From Bacteroidia bacterium (GTDB taxonomy: Bacteria > Bacteroidota > Bacteroidia > J057 > JANWXU01), in NCBI GenBank assembly GCA_025057395.1, contig JANWXU010000001.1:1660-65659 (forward strand): 64,000 nucleotides of DNA. Direction: 5' to 3'. Below, piece by piece: positions 37,083 to 48,300 of the stretch. The position numbers and the translations under genes are program-made. Under the pieces are notes generated by a model, which had not been told where the DNA came from, did no database searches, and saw only the letters and a list, made by a program, of their open reading frames with translations. Within the stretch, counting starts at the first letter, position 1. The number at the start of each line of letters is the position of its first letter.

Positions 37083-39758
37083 ATGTTAACTCTTTTTAAG
37101 CAAAAAAATTTTTTATCTACTGCTCTGTGTATACTAGCTATGCTGGTAGCTACCCTGGCATTTTTTCATCCTCTCTTAAGGGGTAAATTGATTCGGCAAT
37201 CCGATCTTATCCTTATTAAAGGAATGCAGAGGAATATAGAAGAGTACAGAGAAACCCATAATGGAGAGGATGCTTTGTGGTCTATGAGTATGTTTAGTGG
37301 AATGCCTGCCTATCCGATACATGTACAATATGAGGGAAATATTTTAAGGCCAATACAAAGGGTATTAAAGTTAGGATTGCCAGAACCTATAGGCTTATTT
37401 TTTTGGGGTATGGTTGGCTTTTTTTGGCTATTGCGCTTATATTCCGTGGGACCTTATTTAGCCCTAGCAGGTGCTTTTGGTTTTGGTTTCTTCTCTTACT
37501 ATATCATTATTACAGAAGCAGGGCATGGAGCCAAACTGGCTGCTCTTATGTATTCTCCTGCAGTTATAGCTAGTATTATTACTGCTTTTCGAGGTAAAAT
37601 TTTTCTAGGAGCTGCTTTACTTTTTTTTACTTTAGGCTTACAAGTGCTAGCCAATCATATTCAAATGACTTACTATTTACTTATGGTGGTAGTTATAGTA
37701 GGGTTGTATGAGCTAGTAAAGGCTTTTCAGGAGAAGGTATTGAAAAAATTTTTTCTTACTACAGCAGCTCTTAGTTTGGCAGCGGGCCTTGCAGTTGCTA
37801 TTAATGCAAGCCATCTTATGCCCTTTTATGAATACTCGCATTATTCCATCCGGGGTAAAAGTGAGCTTAAGCTAGAACCCGAAGAAATGAAAGACCCTAA
37901 ACTCAATGTACATAAAACTAAAAGAGGTTCGGGTTTAGATAAAGAATACGCCTACGGATGGTCTAACGACCGTGATGAATTGATGACTTTGCTTATTCCG
38001 AACTTTAAAGGTGGAAGTTCTAATGGAGCTTTAACTAAAAATTCTCATACCTATCAGTTATTTGAAAGTCAGGACCCTGAGGGCATTTATATTAAGCAAA
38101 AACAGTGGCCTTTGTACTGGGGAACTCAGGCCTTTACTTCAGGTCCAACTTATGCTGGAGCGGTGGTTTGCTTTTTATTTATTTTGGGTTTAATATTAGT
38201 TCGTTCGGGTATAAAATGGGCGCTTTTGTATGCTACTTTGCTTTTCTTTTTGCTGTCTCTTGGCAAAAATAGCTATCCACTGTGGGAAGCTTTATTATTA
38301 CTAAGTTTGCCTGCTATTTTTTATTTTACTTATAAAAAATTGAAAAAGGTGCCGCCGCCCCTATATGGGGCTTTACTGACCCTAGGGGGGATAATTTTAG
38401 TTAGTCTTATAGGTGATGATCCCGCTCGCAGCTTTACTATTAAAGACTTGTTTTTCGACTATTTACCAATTTACAATAAGTTTCGAGCTCCCGCTTCTAT
38501 GCTTGCTATCGTAGGCATTACTATGCCATGGCTTGCTATTTTAGGAGCGAGCGCCTTTATGGACCCTTCCATAGAAGATAAAACTAAGAAAGTTGCTTTG
38601 TTGTATGCCCTAGGTATTTGCTTGGCATTAGTTTTACCCTTTGCGTTTGCTCCTGATAGTTTTTTTTCTTTTACAGGACCTTCGGATGCGCAGTTTTCAG
38701 AGGAGCAAAAGCCTCTTCTTGAAGCGCTTATAAAAGACCGAAGATCCTTGATGGTTGCTGATGCTTGGCGTAGCTTTTATTTTATTCTCGTGGCGGCTGC
38801 GTTATTGGAGTTGTTTCGTAGAAAAATTTTACAAGAGCAGCTCACAAGTATAGGACTTGCTTTGGCAGTACTTATTGATCTATTTGTGGTGGATATACGT
38901 TTTCTTTGGAAAGACGAGTATGAAACTAAACAAGAATTTGAATCTCACTTTCAACCCCGAGAAGCCGACCTTATTCTTAAGCAACAAGATACCTCTTATT
39001 TTCGAGTTTTTCCTTTAGGCAGAAATCCTTTTAATGATGGTCGTACGCCTTACTACCTAAAATCAATTGGTGGTTATAATGCGGTGAAAATAAAGCGTTA
39101 CCAACAGCTTATTGAAGCACATATTAGTGAAATGAATATGAATGTGATAAGTATGCTCAATACTAAATATATTATTACGCAGCAACCTCTAGAACACCCT
39201 GCTTTAGAAAAGCTCTATACTACTCGTGAAAATGAGATAATATATAAAAACCGCATTAATTTTGGACCCGCCTGGATAGTGCAAGATGTAAAGGTAGTGC
39301 CTACGCCCGATGATGCTATTAAAAGTCTTGATACTCTTAAAACGTTTTACCAAGCTGTAATAGAGCAGAAAGACGCTAAAGAGCTTGCTTCAAGACCTTT
39401 TGCAAAAGATAGTATCAACCTGGGTAAAGAATATATTCGATTAATTAAGGCGGATAATCGTCATATGCAATATGAGTTTTTTTCAGATAAGAATCGTTTT
39501 GTAGTTTTTAGTGAAGTGTACTATCCTAAAGGATGGAAGGCTTTTATAGATGGAAGAGAAACTTATATTTTTCATACTAATTATGTTTTGAGGGGCTTAG
39601 TGATACCTGCTGGTAAGCACAAAGTTGAATTTAAGTACGATCCCCAAGTGCTTAAGCAAAGTAAAATTATATCTCAGGTAGCCTCCGTTTTATTACTCCT
39701 TACATTGGCAGGAGCTATTTTCTTTGAAATTCGCAAAATTAAGCAGGCTTCTGTTTAG
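37083..39758 (+). CDS. YfhO-family polytopic membrane protein (GT-C-like glycosyltransferase candidate)
   Basis: 891 aa with more than 12 TM helices and a C-terminal soluble domain ending YYPKGWKAFIDGRETYIFHTNYVLRGLVIPAGKHKVEFKYDP plus a final TM helix, as in the YfhO family. Confidence 0.8.
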   Translation: MLTLFKQKNFLSTALCILAMLVATLAFFHPLLRGKLIRQSDLILIKGMQRNIEEYRETHNGEDALWSMSMFSGMPAYPIHVQYEGNILRPIQRVLKLGLPEPIGLFFWGMVGFFWLLRLYSVGPYLALAGAFGFGFFSYYIIITEAGHGAKLAALMYSPAVIASIITAFRGKIFLGAALLFFTLGLQVLANHIQMTYYLLMVVVIVGLYELVKAFQEKVLKKFFLTTAALSLAAGLAVAINASHLMPFYEYSHYSIRGKSELKLEPEEMKDPKLNVHKTKRGSGLDKEYAYGWSNDRDELMTLLIPNFKGGSSNGALTKNSHTYQLFESQDPEGIYIKQKQWPLYWGTQAFTSGPTYAGAVVCFLFILGLILVRSGIKWALLYATLLFFLLSLGKNSYPLWEALLLLSLPAIFYFTYKKLKKVPPPLYGALLTLGGIILVSLIGDDPARSFTIKDLFFDYLPIYNKFRAPASMLAIVGITMPWLAILGASAFMDPSIEDKTKKVALLYALGICLALVLPFAFAPDSFFSFTGPSDAQFSEEQKPLLEALIKDRRSLMVADAWRSFYFILVAAALLELFRRKILQEQLTSIGLALAVLIDLFVVDIRFLWKDEYETKQEFESHFQPREADLILKQQDTSYFRVFPLGRNPFNDGRTPYYLKSIGGYNAVKIKRYQQLIEAHISEMNMNVISMLNTKYIITQQPLEHPALEKLYTTRENEIIYKNRINFGPAWIVQDVKVVPTPDDAIKSLDTLKTFYQAVIEQKDAKELASRPFAKDSINLGKEYIRLIKADNRHMQYEFFSDKNRFVVFSEVYYPKGWKAFIDGRETYIFHTNYVLRGLVIPAGKHKVEFKYDPQVLKQSKIISQVASVLLLLTLAGAIFFEIRKIKQASV

Positions 39759-39763
39759 TATTT

Positions 39764-41149
39764 ATGCTATACATAATTGTAGAAAAAAATACTTCCCGCC
39801 TTAATTACGTGCTGGAAGTATTTTTTTCTACCGTTGTCTCTATTCCTTACCAAGTAATAAACTTAAACACTTTTTATATCCTTTGGGAGCAACCAGATAT
39901 AAGAGCTGCTGCTCAGGAATATTCAACTCTCTTTTTCCTAAATTACAGTTCTTTTTATCTGTCTAATATCTTTTGGATGCCTCCCTCGGGTTTACTTACA
40001 GAGCAGGAAGTTTATGAGCACTCCTACACTATTGGGCATTTTGAAAATCAAGTTTTTTATCTAGAATGGGAAAATACAAATACGGGTAGTCTCTTACCTG
40101 AAGTAAGACCCTATTGGTTGCCCGATTTTTTTGCTGCTGCGTTTTACATTTTAACGGAGTATGAATTTATGCTTGCGCAACAGGGACTAGGCCAGCGGCA
40201 GCTGGACATTCATAAACGACTTTTTTATCCAGCTAATATCCTTTTTCAAAGTCAATATTACAAAACTCCTGTTGTAGAAAGTTATGTCCATTATTTACTA
40301 CAAAAATTGCAAGTTCCTTCTAGTCTTATCCAGTATCCTAAGCAACAACCTTGGCTCGTAACAGTGGATATTGACTCTCCTTGGCGGTATTTATATAAAG
40401 GATGGTGTAAAAATGGGGGGGCGCTTTTACGAGACAGTATTTTGTTTAAGTTTGAAGCCATACGAAGGAGAGTGGGGGCTTTAATTACTAAAAAAGACCC
40501 TTATGCTACCCTTGAACTTTTTCAAGAAGCCTTTGGTAGAGAGAATATAATTTTTTTTTGGCTAGTAGGGGGCGTTACTAAGTATGATACTTCTTATGTT
40601 TTATCTCGCCACAAGCAGTATGCCAAGTACATTCAAAATTATCAAGAGCAGGACGTAATGTGCGCTCTTCATCCCTCTTATGCAGCAGCATTTGATTTCT
40701 CAATTTTGGAGCAGGAAAAGGCGGCTTTAGAAAAAGTGATCAAAAAAAAAGTGGAATATGCGCGTTTTCATTTCTTTCGTTTGCACTTACCGGCTTCTAG
40801 AAAAGCTTTGCTTCGCTTAGGTATTTTTTACGACTTTACTACTGCGCTAGTATACGATAACGGTTTTTTACATGGAATGGCACGTCCTTTTCCCTGGTTT
40901 GATTTAGAGGCTAATACTCAAACTGAATTAATTTTATTCCCTACTCACGTAATGGACCGTACTTTTATAAGCTATCAAAAATTAACTCCCCAACAAGCTT
41001 TGTTGCAAACTTGGCAAGTTTATGAACAAGTGCGCATTTATAAGGGCTGTTTTACTTTACTGCTACACCCTCCCGTTGCCTCTGGCGTAGAAGAATGGCA
41101 AGATTGGAAATTTTATTTTAATGAGATTAAAACTATTTTGACTAGATGA
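39764..41149 (+). CDS. Hypothetical protein (461 aa), soluble; C-terminal half possibly polysaccharide-deacetylase-like (unverified)
   Basis: Starts 5 nt after the yfhO stop. No signal peptide. IIFFWLVGGVTKYD...ALHPSYAAA is vaguely like NodB/CE4-type proteins. This impression is by eye only. Confidence 0.6.
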   Translation: MLYIIVEKNTSRLNYVLEVFFSTVVSIPYQVINLNTFYILWEQPDIRAAAQEYSTLFFLNYSSFYLSNIFWMPPSGLLTEQEVYEHSYTIGHFENQVFYLEWENTNTGSLLPEVRPYWLPDFFAAAFYILTEYEFMLAQQGLGQRQLDIHKRLFYPANILFQSQYYKTPVVESYVHYLLQKLQVPSSLIQYPKQQPWLVTVDIDSPWRYLYKGWCKNGGALLRDSILFKFEAIRRRVGALITKKDPYATLELFQEAFGRENIIFFWLVGGVTKYDTSYVLSRHKQYAKYIQNYQEQDVMCALHPSYAAAFDFSILEQEKAALEKVIKKKVEYARFHFFRLHLPASRKALLRLGIFYDFTTALVYDNGFLHGMARPFPWFDLEANTQTELILFPTHVMDRTFISYQKLTPQQALLQTWQVYEQVRIYKGCFTLLLHPPVASGVEEWQDWKFYFNEIKTILTR

Positions 41150-41766
41150 GCGTATTAATAGTAATTTTTTTTGCTTTAAGTTTAGGTATAAAAGCTTGGG
41201 GGGCTTTCCAAGAGAAAGGAGCTCTTAGTGCGGAGCAGTATAAAAAATTATTTTTTGCTCAAATATTACGCACTTGTCAAAAGAAAAAATTATTATATCA
41301 AAAGACAGTAGTTTCTAAGTGGGGAGCAAAACAGAGTAGAGAAAGTAAAAATTTAACCCTTGTTAACTGTAAGTGCAGCGTAAGCCAGCAAGACACCCTT
41401 TCTTTAAGCAAAGAAACTGCTCTTGCTGTACAATTTCTATTTAATGACCCCTATATAAATTCTTATTTTATTACTTCTGTCAAAAGTTCTGTCAAAGAAA
41501 ATATTTGGAGAGCAGAAATAAAAAAAGAATATTTTGAGAAATCGGAGCTGAAGGCGCAAGTCTTACAAATGCAAGAGCGAGTATTGCGTAGAATTACTTC
41601 TTGGTACTCTCGCTCTAGCTTTCTGTATCAGTTGCAAACCTCTATTACTGTATATTTTTCTGAGCAAGGACTATATCAAAGGCATATTATTGAGGTGGAA
41701 GTAGCAATACCGTTTTTAGAAACTCAATTTAAAACCATAGTCACGGGTCGAGCTTTATTTTTTTGA
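41146..41766 (+). CDS. Hypothetical protein (206 aa) with an N-terminal hydrophobic helix
   Basis: ATGA start/stop overlap with the preceding gene suggests translational coupling. No family recognised. Confidence 0.5.
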   Translation: MSVLIVIFFALSLGIKAWGAFQEKGALSAEQYKKLFFAQILRTCQKKKLLYQKTVVSKWGAKQSRESKNLTLVNCKCSVSQQDTLSLSKETALAVQFLFNDPYINSYFITSVKSSVKENIWRAEIKKEYFEKSELKAQVLQMQERVLRRITSWYSRSSFLYQLQTSITVYFSEQGLYQRHIIEVEVAIPFLETQFKTIVTGRALFF

Positions 41767-41949
41767 TAGCGCTGACCTCTTTAAATAATAAATAAAAAGG
41801 CTTATCTTTTTCATTATATTTCTCGTTGTTATTTTGCTTTTTTATACACAAATGTGTAATATACTTTGTGGGGCTTCGAGATAAAAGCCAATACTTATGA
41901 CATTTTGTCACATGCAATTGTTTTATTACTTTTGTATAAAAACTTAAAA

Positions 41950-43371
41950 ATGAGTAATACCACGAGTAAATTTTTTTCTCCTCTGCAAAAGACCATAAAC
42001 GAAGCTTTACAGGGCACAGCTTATGTTCAAAATGAAAATTCAGAAAAAAAGACAACCAAGCACGCTTTCATTGAAACCTATGGTTGCCAAATGAATTTTT
42101 CAGATACTGAAATTATAGCCTCAATTCTTTCAGATTTAGGATATGGTTTTACCCAACAAGAGCAGGAAGCTGACTTGGTATTGATTAATACTTGCAGTAT
42201 TCGCGAAAATGCTGAGCAGAAGGTTTGGAACCGTTTGAAGCATTTAAAGTATTTGAAAAAACAAAAGCCTAGCTTAATGGTAGGTATAGTGGGGTGCATG
42301 GCAGAGCGGCTTAGGTATAAGCTTTTAGATGAGGAGCAGTTAGTAGACCTAGTGGTGGGGCCTGATGCGTATCGTTCTTTGCCCACTTTGTTACAAGAGG
42401 TGGAATCAGGGCAACGAGCTGTAAATGTGCTTTTATCTCGAGAAGAAACTTATGCAGACATAGCCCCTTTGCGTTATCATAGCAATGGGGTCTCGGCATT
42501 TATTTCGATTATGCGGGGATGCAATAATATGTGTTCTTTTTGTGTAGTTCCTTTTACGCGCGGGCGTGAGCGAAGTCGTGATTGGCAAAGCATCGTAAAA
42601 GAGGCTAAGGAGCTGGTGGAGTTAGGCTATCGAGAAGTAACCCTGCTAGGGCAGAATGTGGACTCTTACTATTATGAAGGCTGTACTTTTGCAGACTTAC
42701 TAGAAAAAGTTGCACTAGTGGATAGCCGATTAAGGGTGCGTTTTTCTACTTCGCACCCCAAAGATATTACAGACCGTGTATTAGAGGTAATGGCAGGGTA
42801 TGAAAATATTTGTAAATTTATTCATTTGCCCGTGCAATCGGGCAGTACGCGTATTTTAGAGTTGATGAACCGCGGCTATACTCGCGAGTGGTATTTAGAT
42901 AAAATAGAAAGAATCCGTTACTATTTACCAAACTGTGGTTTAAGTACCGATATTATCGCTGGTTTTTGTAGTGAAACAGAAGAGGAGCATCAACAAACGC
43001 TTTCCTTAATGGAAATTGTACGCTTCGATTCAGCTTTTATGTTTTGTTATTCTGAAAGGCCGGGTACTCTTGCAGCAAGAAAATTTAGAGATGATGTTCC
43101 GGAAACAGTAAAGAAACGCAGACTTAGTGAAATTATTGATTTACAAAATCAGCATAGTCGTGAAAGTAATTTTCGGGATATTGGCAAGGTCTTTACAGTT
43201 TTAGTAGAGGGAGATTCTAAGCGTTCTTCTGCTGATTATTGTGGAAGGAATGATCAAAATAAAATGGTGGTTTTTCCTAAGCAAGGTACTTCCTTTAAGT
43301 CTGGAGATTACGTTAAAGTTAAGATTACTGCTGCAAGTAGTGCTACACTATTAGGCCAATTGCAATCTTAA
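41950..43371 (+). CDS. miaB: tRNA-2-methylthio-N6-dimethylallyladenosine synthase MiaB (radical SAM methylthiotransferase)
   Basis: UPF0004 N-terminal domain (ETYGCQMN), radical [15 protein letters not shown]-terminal TRAM domain. Start at MSNTTSKFF (ATG 41950) is preferred to the upstream ORF extension. Confidence 0.9.
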   Translation: MSNTTSKFFSPLQKTINEALQGTAYVQNENSEKKTTKHAFIETYGCQMNFSDTEIIASILSDLGYGFTQQEQEADLVLINTCSIRENAEQKVWNRLKHLKYLKKQKPSLMVGIVGCMAERLRYKLLDEEQLVDLVVGPDAYRSLPTLLQEVESGQRAVNVLLSREETYADIAPLRYHSNGVSAFISIMRGCNNMCSFCVVPFTRGRERSRDWQSIVKEAKELVELGYREVTLLGQNVDSYYYEGCTFADLLEKVALVDSRLRVRFSTSHPKDITDRVLEVMAGYENICKFIHLPVQSGSTRILELMNRGYTREWYLDKIERIRYYLPNCGLSTDIIAGFCSETEEEHQQTLSLMEIVRFDSAFMFCYSERPGTLAARKFRDDVPETVKKRRLSEIIDLQNQHSRESNFRDIGKVFTVLVEGDSKRSSADYCGRNDQNKMVVFPKQGTSFKSGDYVKVKITAASSATLLGQLQS

Positions 43372-43375
43372 AAAA

Positions 43376-44743
43376 ATGAATAGAGAATCGATAAAGCAAA
43401 GATTTAACATTATTGGTAATCATCCTAAGCTTAACCATGCTATTGATGTAGCTATCCAAGTAGCACCGACTGACGTCACCGTGCTGGTTAATGGCGAAAA
43501 TGGAACTGGTAAGGATATTTTTTCTAAAATTATTCATCAATTAAGTAAAAGAAGGCATCATCCTCTCATCTCTATTAATTGTGGCGCCATTCCCGAGGGT
43601 ACTATCGACTCAGAGCTTTTTGGCCATGAAAAAGGTTCATTTACCTCAGCTTATGAGTCACGTAAAGGATACTTCGAAGAAGCTAATGGTGGAGTTATTT
43701 TTTTAGACGAGATAGCAGAATTACCACTGCCTACCCAGGCTCGTCTTTTACGAATTTTAGAAAATGGAGAATTTTTAAGGGTAGGAAGTAGCAAAGTGCA
43801 AAAGACAGACGTCCGAGTAATTGCAGCAACAAATAAAAATTTAGTAGAGTCCATTAAGCAAGGAAAGTTTAGGGAGGACTTGTATTTCCGTCTTAATACG
43901 GTTACCATTTATGTACCTCCTCTTCGCGAAAGGGGCGAAGATATTGAAGCAATTTTTCGATTCTTTGCTAATCTATTTGCTCAGCGTTACGGGCGCAATC
44001 CTTTGCAACTAACAGAAGCAGCAAAGAAATACTTATATCAGTATCATTGGCCGGGCAACGTACGAGAATTACGTAATTTTACTGAAAAATTAACTGTTTT
44101 AATTAAAGAAGACTATGTTACAGAGGAACACATGTTAGAACATTTACCCGTAGCAGAATCCCAGCTACCTGTATTGGTTACATCTGCTGCTCCTGTCTCT
44201 CCAACTATGGTAGTAAACTCTTCCCAGCATGATTCACTGAATGCAAAGGAACTATTATCCCAACAAGATTTTATTTTAAGGACACTATATGAATTAAAAG
44301 CGGACGTACAGTTTATTAAACATGCCCTTCTTGGTGTTTTGCAAAATCCTTTGCTTCCTGCGCCTAAAGATAGATATACACCTAATACGCCTTTGCTTAA
44401 TCCCGCAACAAATTATTCCAATTCTATTAGTGCAGAAACTTCCGTTTCTTCTCAGGCTGCAATTGCACCTATTCACCCAGATTTGAGCTCCGATAATAAT
44501 GAAAAAAAAAGGGTGGAAAATAATCCCCCTTCTGCAGTTTCTCATTCTTTAGCGGAAGCCACAGATAAAACCGTTGTAAATTCTTGCGAATCTTTGTCCC
44601 TAGAAAGTAAGGAAAGAGAACTGATTATTAAAGCACTAGAAAAACACAAACAAAATCGAAAGAGAGCTGCCCAAGAACTAGGAATTTCAGAAAGAACATT
44701 GTATAGAAAAATAAAAGTATTAGGATTGGAGCAAAATGGATAG
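43376..44743 (+). CDS. Sigma-54-dependent transcriptional activator (AAA+ plus Fis-type HTH) lacking an N-terminal sensory domain
   Basis: Walker A GENGTGKD at about residue 40. ELFGHEKGSFTSA (GAFTGA-loop variant). Walker B VIFLDEI. C-terminal HTH AAQELGISERTLYRKIK. A ~130-aa Pro/Ser-rich linker lies between the AAA+ domain and the HTH. Confidence 0.85.
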   Translation: MNRESIKQRFNIIGNHPKLNHAIDVAIQVAPTDVTVLVNGENGTGKDIFSKIIHQLSKRRHHPLISINCGAIPEGTIDSELFGHEKGSFTSAYESRKGYFEEANGGVIFLDEIAELPLPTQARLLRILENGEFLRVGSSKVQKTDVRVIAATNKNLVESIKQGKFREDLYFRLNTVTIYVPPLRERGEDIEAIFRFFANLFAQRYGRNPLQLTEAAKKYLYQYHWPGNVRELRNFTEKLTVLIKEDYVTEEHMLEHLPVAESQLPVLVTSAAPVSPTMVVNSSQHDSLNAKELLSQQDFILRTLYELKADVQFIKHALLGVLQNPLLPAPKDRYTPNTPLLNPATNYSNSISAETSVSSQAAIAPIHPDLSSDNNEKKRVENNPPSAVSHSLAEATDKTVVNSCESLSLESKERELIIKALEKHKQNRKRAAQELGISERTLYRKIKVLGLEQNG

Positions 44744-45263
44744 TGTTAGATGGAAAATTTTGTGGAAATTTTGTCTGTTTATCATAACGCTCCTAAGTGG
44801 GCAAGGCTATGTAGGATGTTACCGATACTCCTTCACAGGAGCGAGTATTTCTCCTAATGTAAAAACAATTTCTATTGAACTTTTTCAAAATACGGCGGCC
44901 CTTGTGCAGCCTACCTTAGCACCCCAATTTACAGAGGCACTTCGAAATCGATTTATTACTCAAACGAATTTGAAGATGACAGTAGGACAAGCAGACCTAC
45001 AATTTTCAGGTCAAATTACCGATTATAGTATTACACCCCTTACTATTCAGAGGGATAGAGCAGCTCAAAATCGCCTGACTATAAGTGTTTGGGTTAAGTT
45101 CATTAATGTGGTAGAGCCTGAGAAAAGCTGGGAACAAGTTTTTACTAACTTCGCCGATTTTTCGGCTTCTCGTTCTTTAAGTGAAGTAGAAGCAGCTTTA
45201 AATGCAGAAATTATAGAAAAAATAACGCAAGATATTTTTAATAAGGCTTTAGCAAATTGGTAA
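44736..45263 (+). CDS. lptE: LptE-like LPS-assembly lipoprotein
   Basis: Lipobox-like GYVGCYRYSFTGASISPNVKTISIELFQN. Size and position (after miaB and the sigma-54 activator, before secG) fit the Bacteroidota LptE family. 8-nt overlap with the upstream gene. Confidence 0.55.
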   Translation: MDSVRWKILWKFCLFIITLLSGQGYVGCYRYSFTGASISPNVKTISIELFQNTAALVQPTLAPQFTEALRNRFITQTNLKMTVGQADLQFSGQITDYSITPLTIQRDRAAQNRLTISVWVKFINVVEPEKSWEQVFTNFADFSASRSLSEVEAALNAEIIEKITQDIFNKALANW

Positions 45264-45304
45264 TTGTTTGTAACAATCATAAAATAAAATAAAAATCATA
45301 AAAT

Positions 45305-48300
45305 ATGAGGCCCCTTGTTTTACTAGATAAATGTATTCATGAAAAATTAACTCTTGCTGAAAAGGCCTGGCTTATTAATCAAAGTGAAAAATATCCTTAC
45401 TTTTCCCTCCTTCATTTCATTCAAGCGCGCAATGCTACTCTTTCGGAAGATACAAAAAAAACTAATTTGCAGGCATTAGGGGCTATTTATGCTACGGACC
45501 GCCTGCGCTACGCCGAGTTTATTCAAGCTATTCCTTCTATAGGAATTGCCCCTTTTCCAGAAATAGTGGAAGCTGATTCTTCTGCCACCACAGCTTCCTC
45601 TAATTTAGCTGGTTATGAGCAAAAATTAGAGCCAGAGGAAAGTATACAAAATATTTTACTCCCTAAGTTGGAAAGTGAGTCTTTGAATACTCCGCCCGTT
45701 TCTGTACAAAGCACGGGTAATATAGAAGAAATAGAAACACAAGGTCTAGCTCCACCCTCTTTATTTACTTTTTCTCAGGAAGAAGTTAGTGGGGAGAGTT
45801 CTGGTATAGAAAGTCCTATTTTGCTATTCCAAACGCAAGAACTAGGAGAAGAATGCGTTTATATTTCTCGACGCCTTGAACGTTTATTGTTGATTGCCAT
45901 AAATGTTCACATTTATATTTATTCGGAGGTTCGAAAACAACTAAGTGATTACTTAACTGCGCAAGAAGTAAACGAATTGTTACAAATTGAAACGTCGCAT
46001 AGTCAGGAGTTTAGTCAATTGCAAGGCAGCCAGGAAGTAGTTACTCAAAAGATATCCTCTGAGTTGCAGCAAATGACTGATGAGGCTGTTGTGTCCCAAC
46101 AACAGGAGCTCTGCCAACAAGCTTCTTCCTTAAAAGATTCAATGTATGAGGAAAAAAGCTCCCTGACGCAATCTAACATACAACCGGAGGTAGATGATGA
46201 ACTTTGCTCTTGGGAGGTCCCTACGTACTCGCTACGAAATGCATACTTACATTCTCTGCAACAACCCTTTGGTAATCAGGTCTCTGAAGCGGGTGCACAA
46301 CCAGTAGTAGACCCCCAAGCTCAAGAACAGTTTATCGCTCAGCCTATTTCTAACGAAGCAGTAATCGAAGAATTTGTAAAAATATATGAAAATTCCAATA
46401 CCACAGACTTAGATTTTTTCAATCGTGATAAGGCAGCACAGAAGTCGGATATTCAATTATCTTCTGACGAGGAGCCCCAAGAAGGTTGGTATAGTTATTT
46501 GCAGAAGCACCCTTTAAGAACTTCCTCCTTTGACCGCTTTGTTGAGCCTGACTTTGCTAACCTAAAAAGAACTCAAGAGTCCCCTTCTTCTCCTAAAAAG
46601 GAATTTCAAGAATCAAAAGAGGGAGAAGTGTACTTGAATAGAAATTTCTTTTTGGAGCAAGAAAGTGATACTAAAGAGAACGTCCTAAAAGGAAAGGACC
46701 TACAAGGTTCCAAGCAAGAGCAAAATATTAATCTTGTTTTGTATGAGTCTGCTACTGTATTCGAGCAATTCTCTCCTACGGCTGTTGATAATACTAGTGT
46801 AAAAGATTCTGCTTTCTCTGTTTCTTCTCAGCCAGAGAAAGTTACTTCGGAATCTATGAAAAGATTCATCCTTCCGGATTTTGGTCCAGAGGGTACTAAA
46901 ATACTAGAGTTGCATTCTACTGATTCAGAAAAAAAAGGCGTCCAAGACCAGGGGGCCGCTGTAGAATTTTCTGGTATCAATACTGAAGCTCGTTCTGAAA
47001 GTACTTCTTTAACAGCTAATCCAATAGTAGAACCCATTAGTTCACCATCGTTCCGACGTTTTGTGGTTCCTGATTTTGGTACCCATTCTATTTCGCTTTC
47101 TCCACCCGCCTTTCAAGAGTCGATATCCTCTGATATACAAGAAGATAAAAAGTCTTTAGCTAGAGATAGGACGCAAAACTTACAAGAATTTGCAGTGCAA
47201 TCTTCAATGGAGGCTTCTTGTACTCGACAGGAAAATGGAGAGGAAGCTATCAGTAATTTTTCAAATGTCTCTGAAAGTGGGGAGCAATCCATTGAAGTTT
47301 GCAGCCAGCAGAGTGCTGAATTAGCTGAATGGGTACAGGGTTTTAGTTCTGAACAGGCGCTGGAGCAAAATGTAGTACTTATTTCTGGGGTTGAGAAAGT
47401 TACAGCTGTTGACCCACTAGTGAGTCACTTGAAGAAAAATGAGGAAGAAAAAACTAGTGAACAAAGGCTACTGCAACCTGTTCGTACGGAGTCTTTTAAT
47501 CGTTTTGTAGAGCCTGATTTTGCGTCCAATCCTTTTGCACGATTACGCCTTGAAGAAAAGTCATTCCCCCTGGAACCTGCGACTACTGACGCAGAGCAGG
47601 CTACAAATGCTAAAATTCAAGAATACTCGGTGCGGACTGAAAAAGAAAATAAAAACTGGGGGGCGATTAATTACAAATATAAAAATTGGCAATTTGAGAT
47701 TATTGTTAAGCCTGAACATGCACAATTTATAGCCCCGTCGGAGGTAAAGGAAGGGATATCAAATTTTACTTCATCTCCGACTTCAGCGCCAGAAGAAAGT
47801 ATTACTCTGCAAGCAGCAGAGTGTTTAACTCCTGAGGGGGAAATGAACTTAGAAACAGATTTTCAGACTGGGCAGAATCTGGTACAAAATAGTTTTCAGA
47901 CTGCCACTTTGCAAGATACAGTTCCTGTAGTAGAGCAGCAACTTAAAAATAGCGAAGAGCTAGAAAATGAAACTAATATTTATATTAAAGGTGAGGCTGA
48001 TTTCCAAAAGGAAGTGGTAGAACAGAGTATGGAGCAGATTTCTACTACTACTGAGTTAACTGATTTTTTTTCTTGGGCTTCTGCTACTTCTACTACTTCT
48101 GTATTTTCGAATAAGGCTCCCTTATTGGAAGAAGATGATTATTATATTTCTACCGAAGCTTTGTTGGCTACTAGCGTAGATGAAAGAATTGATAGATTTA
48201 AGAAAAACTTAGATAGAATTCGTAAAAAAAGCAACCCCTTGAATAATGTGGATATAAATATTTTGGAGTTTCAACAGCGATTTCTTGAAACTCTTGCCCA

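Noticed and set aside
41741-42055. 104-aa minus-strand ORF in the miaB upstream region, and the N-terminal extension of miaB (41866-41949).
   Set aside because: Both run through AT-rich promoter-like DNA and give low-complexity K/N/F/Y-rich peptides. The conserved N-terminus of miaB begins after the internal ATG at 41950.
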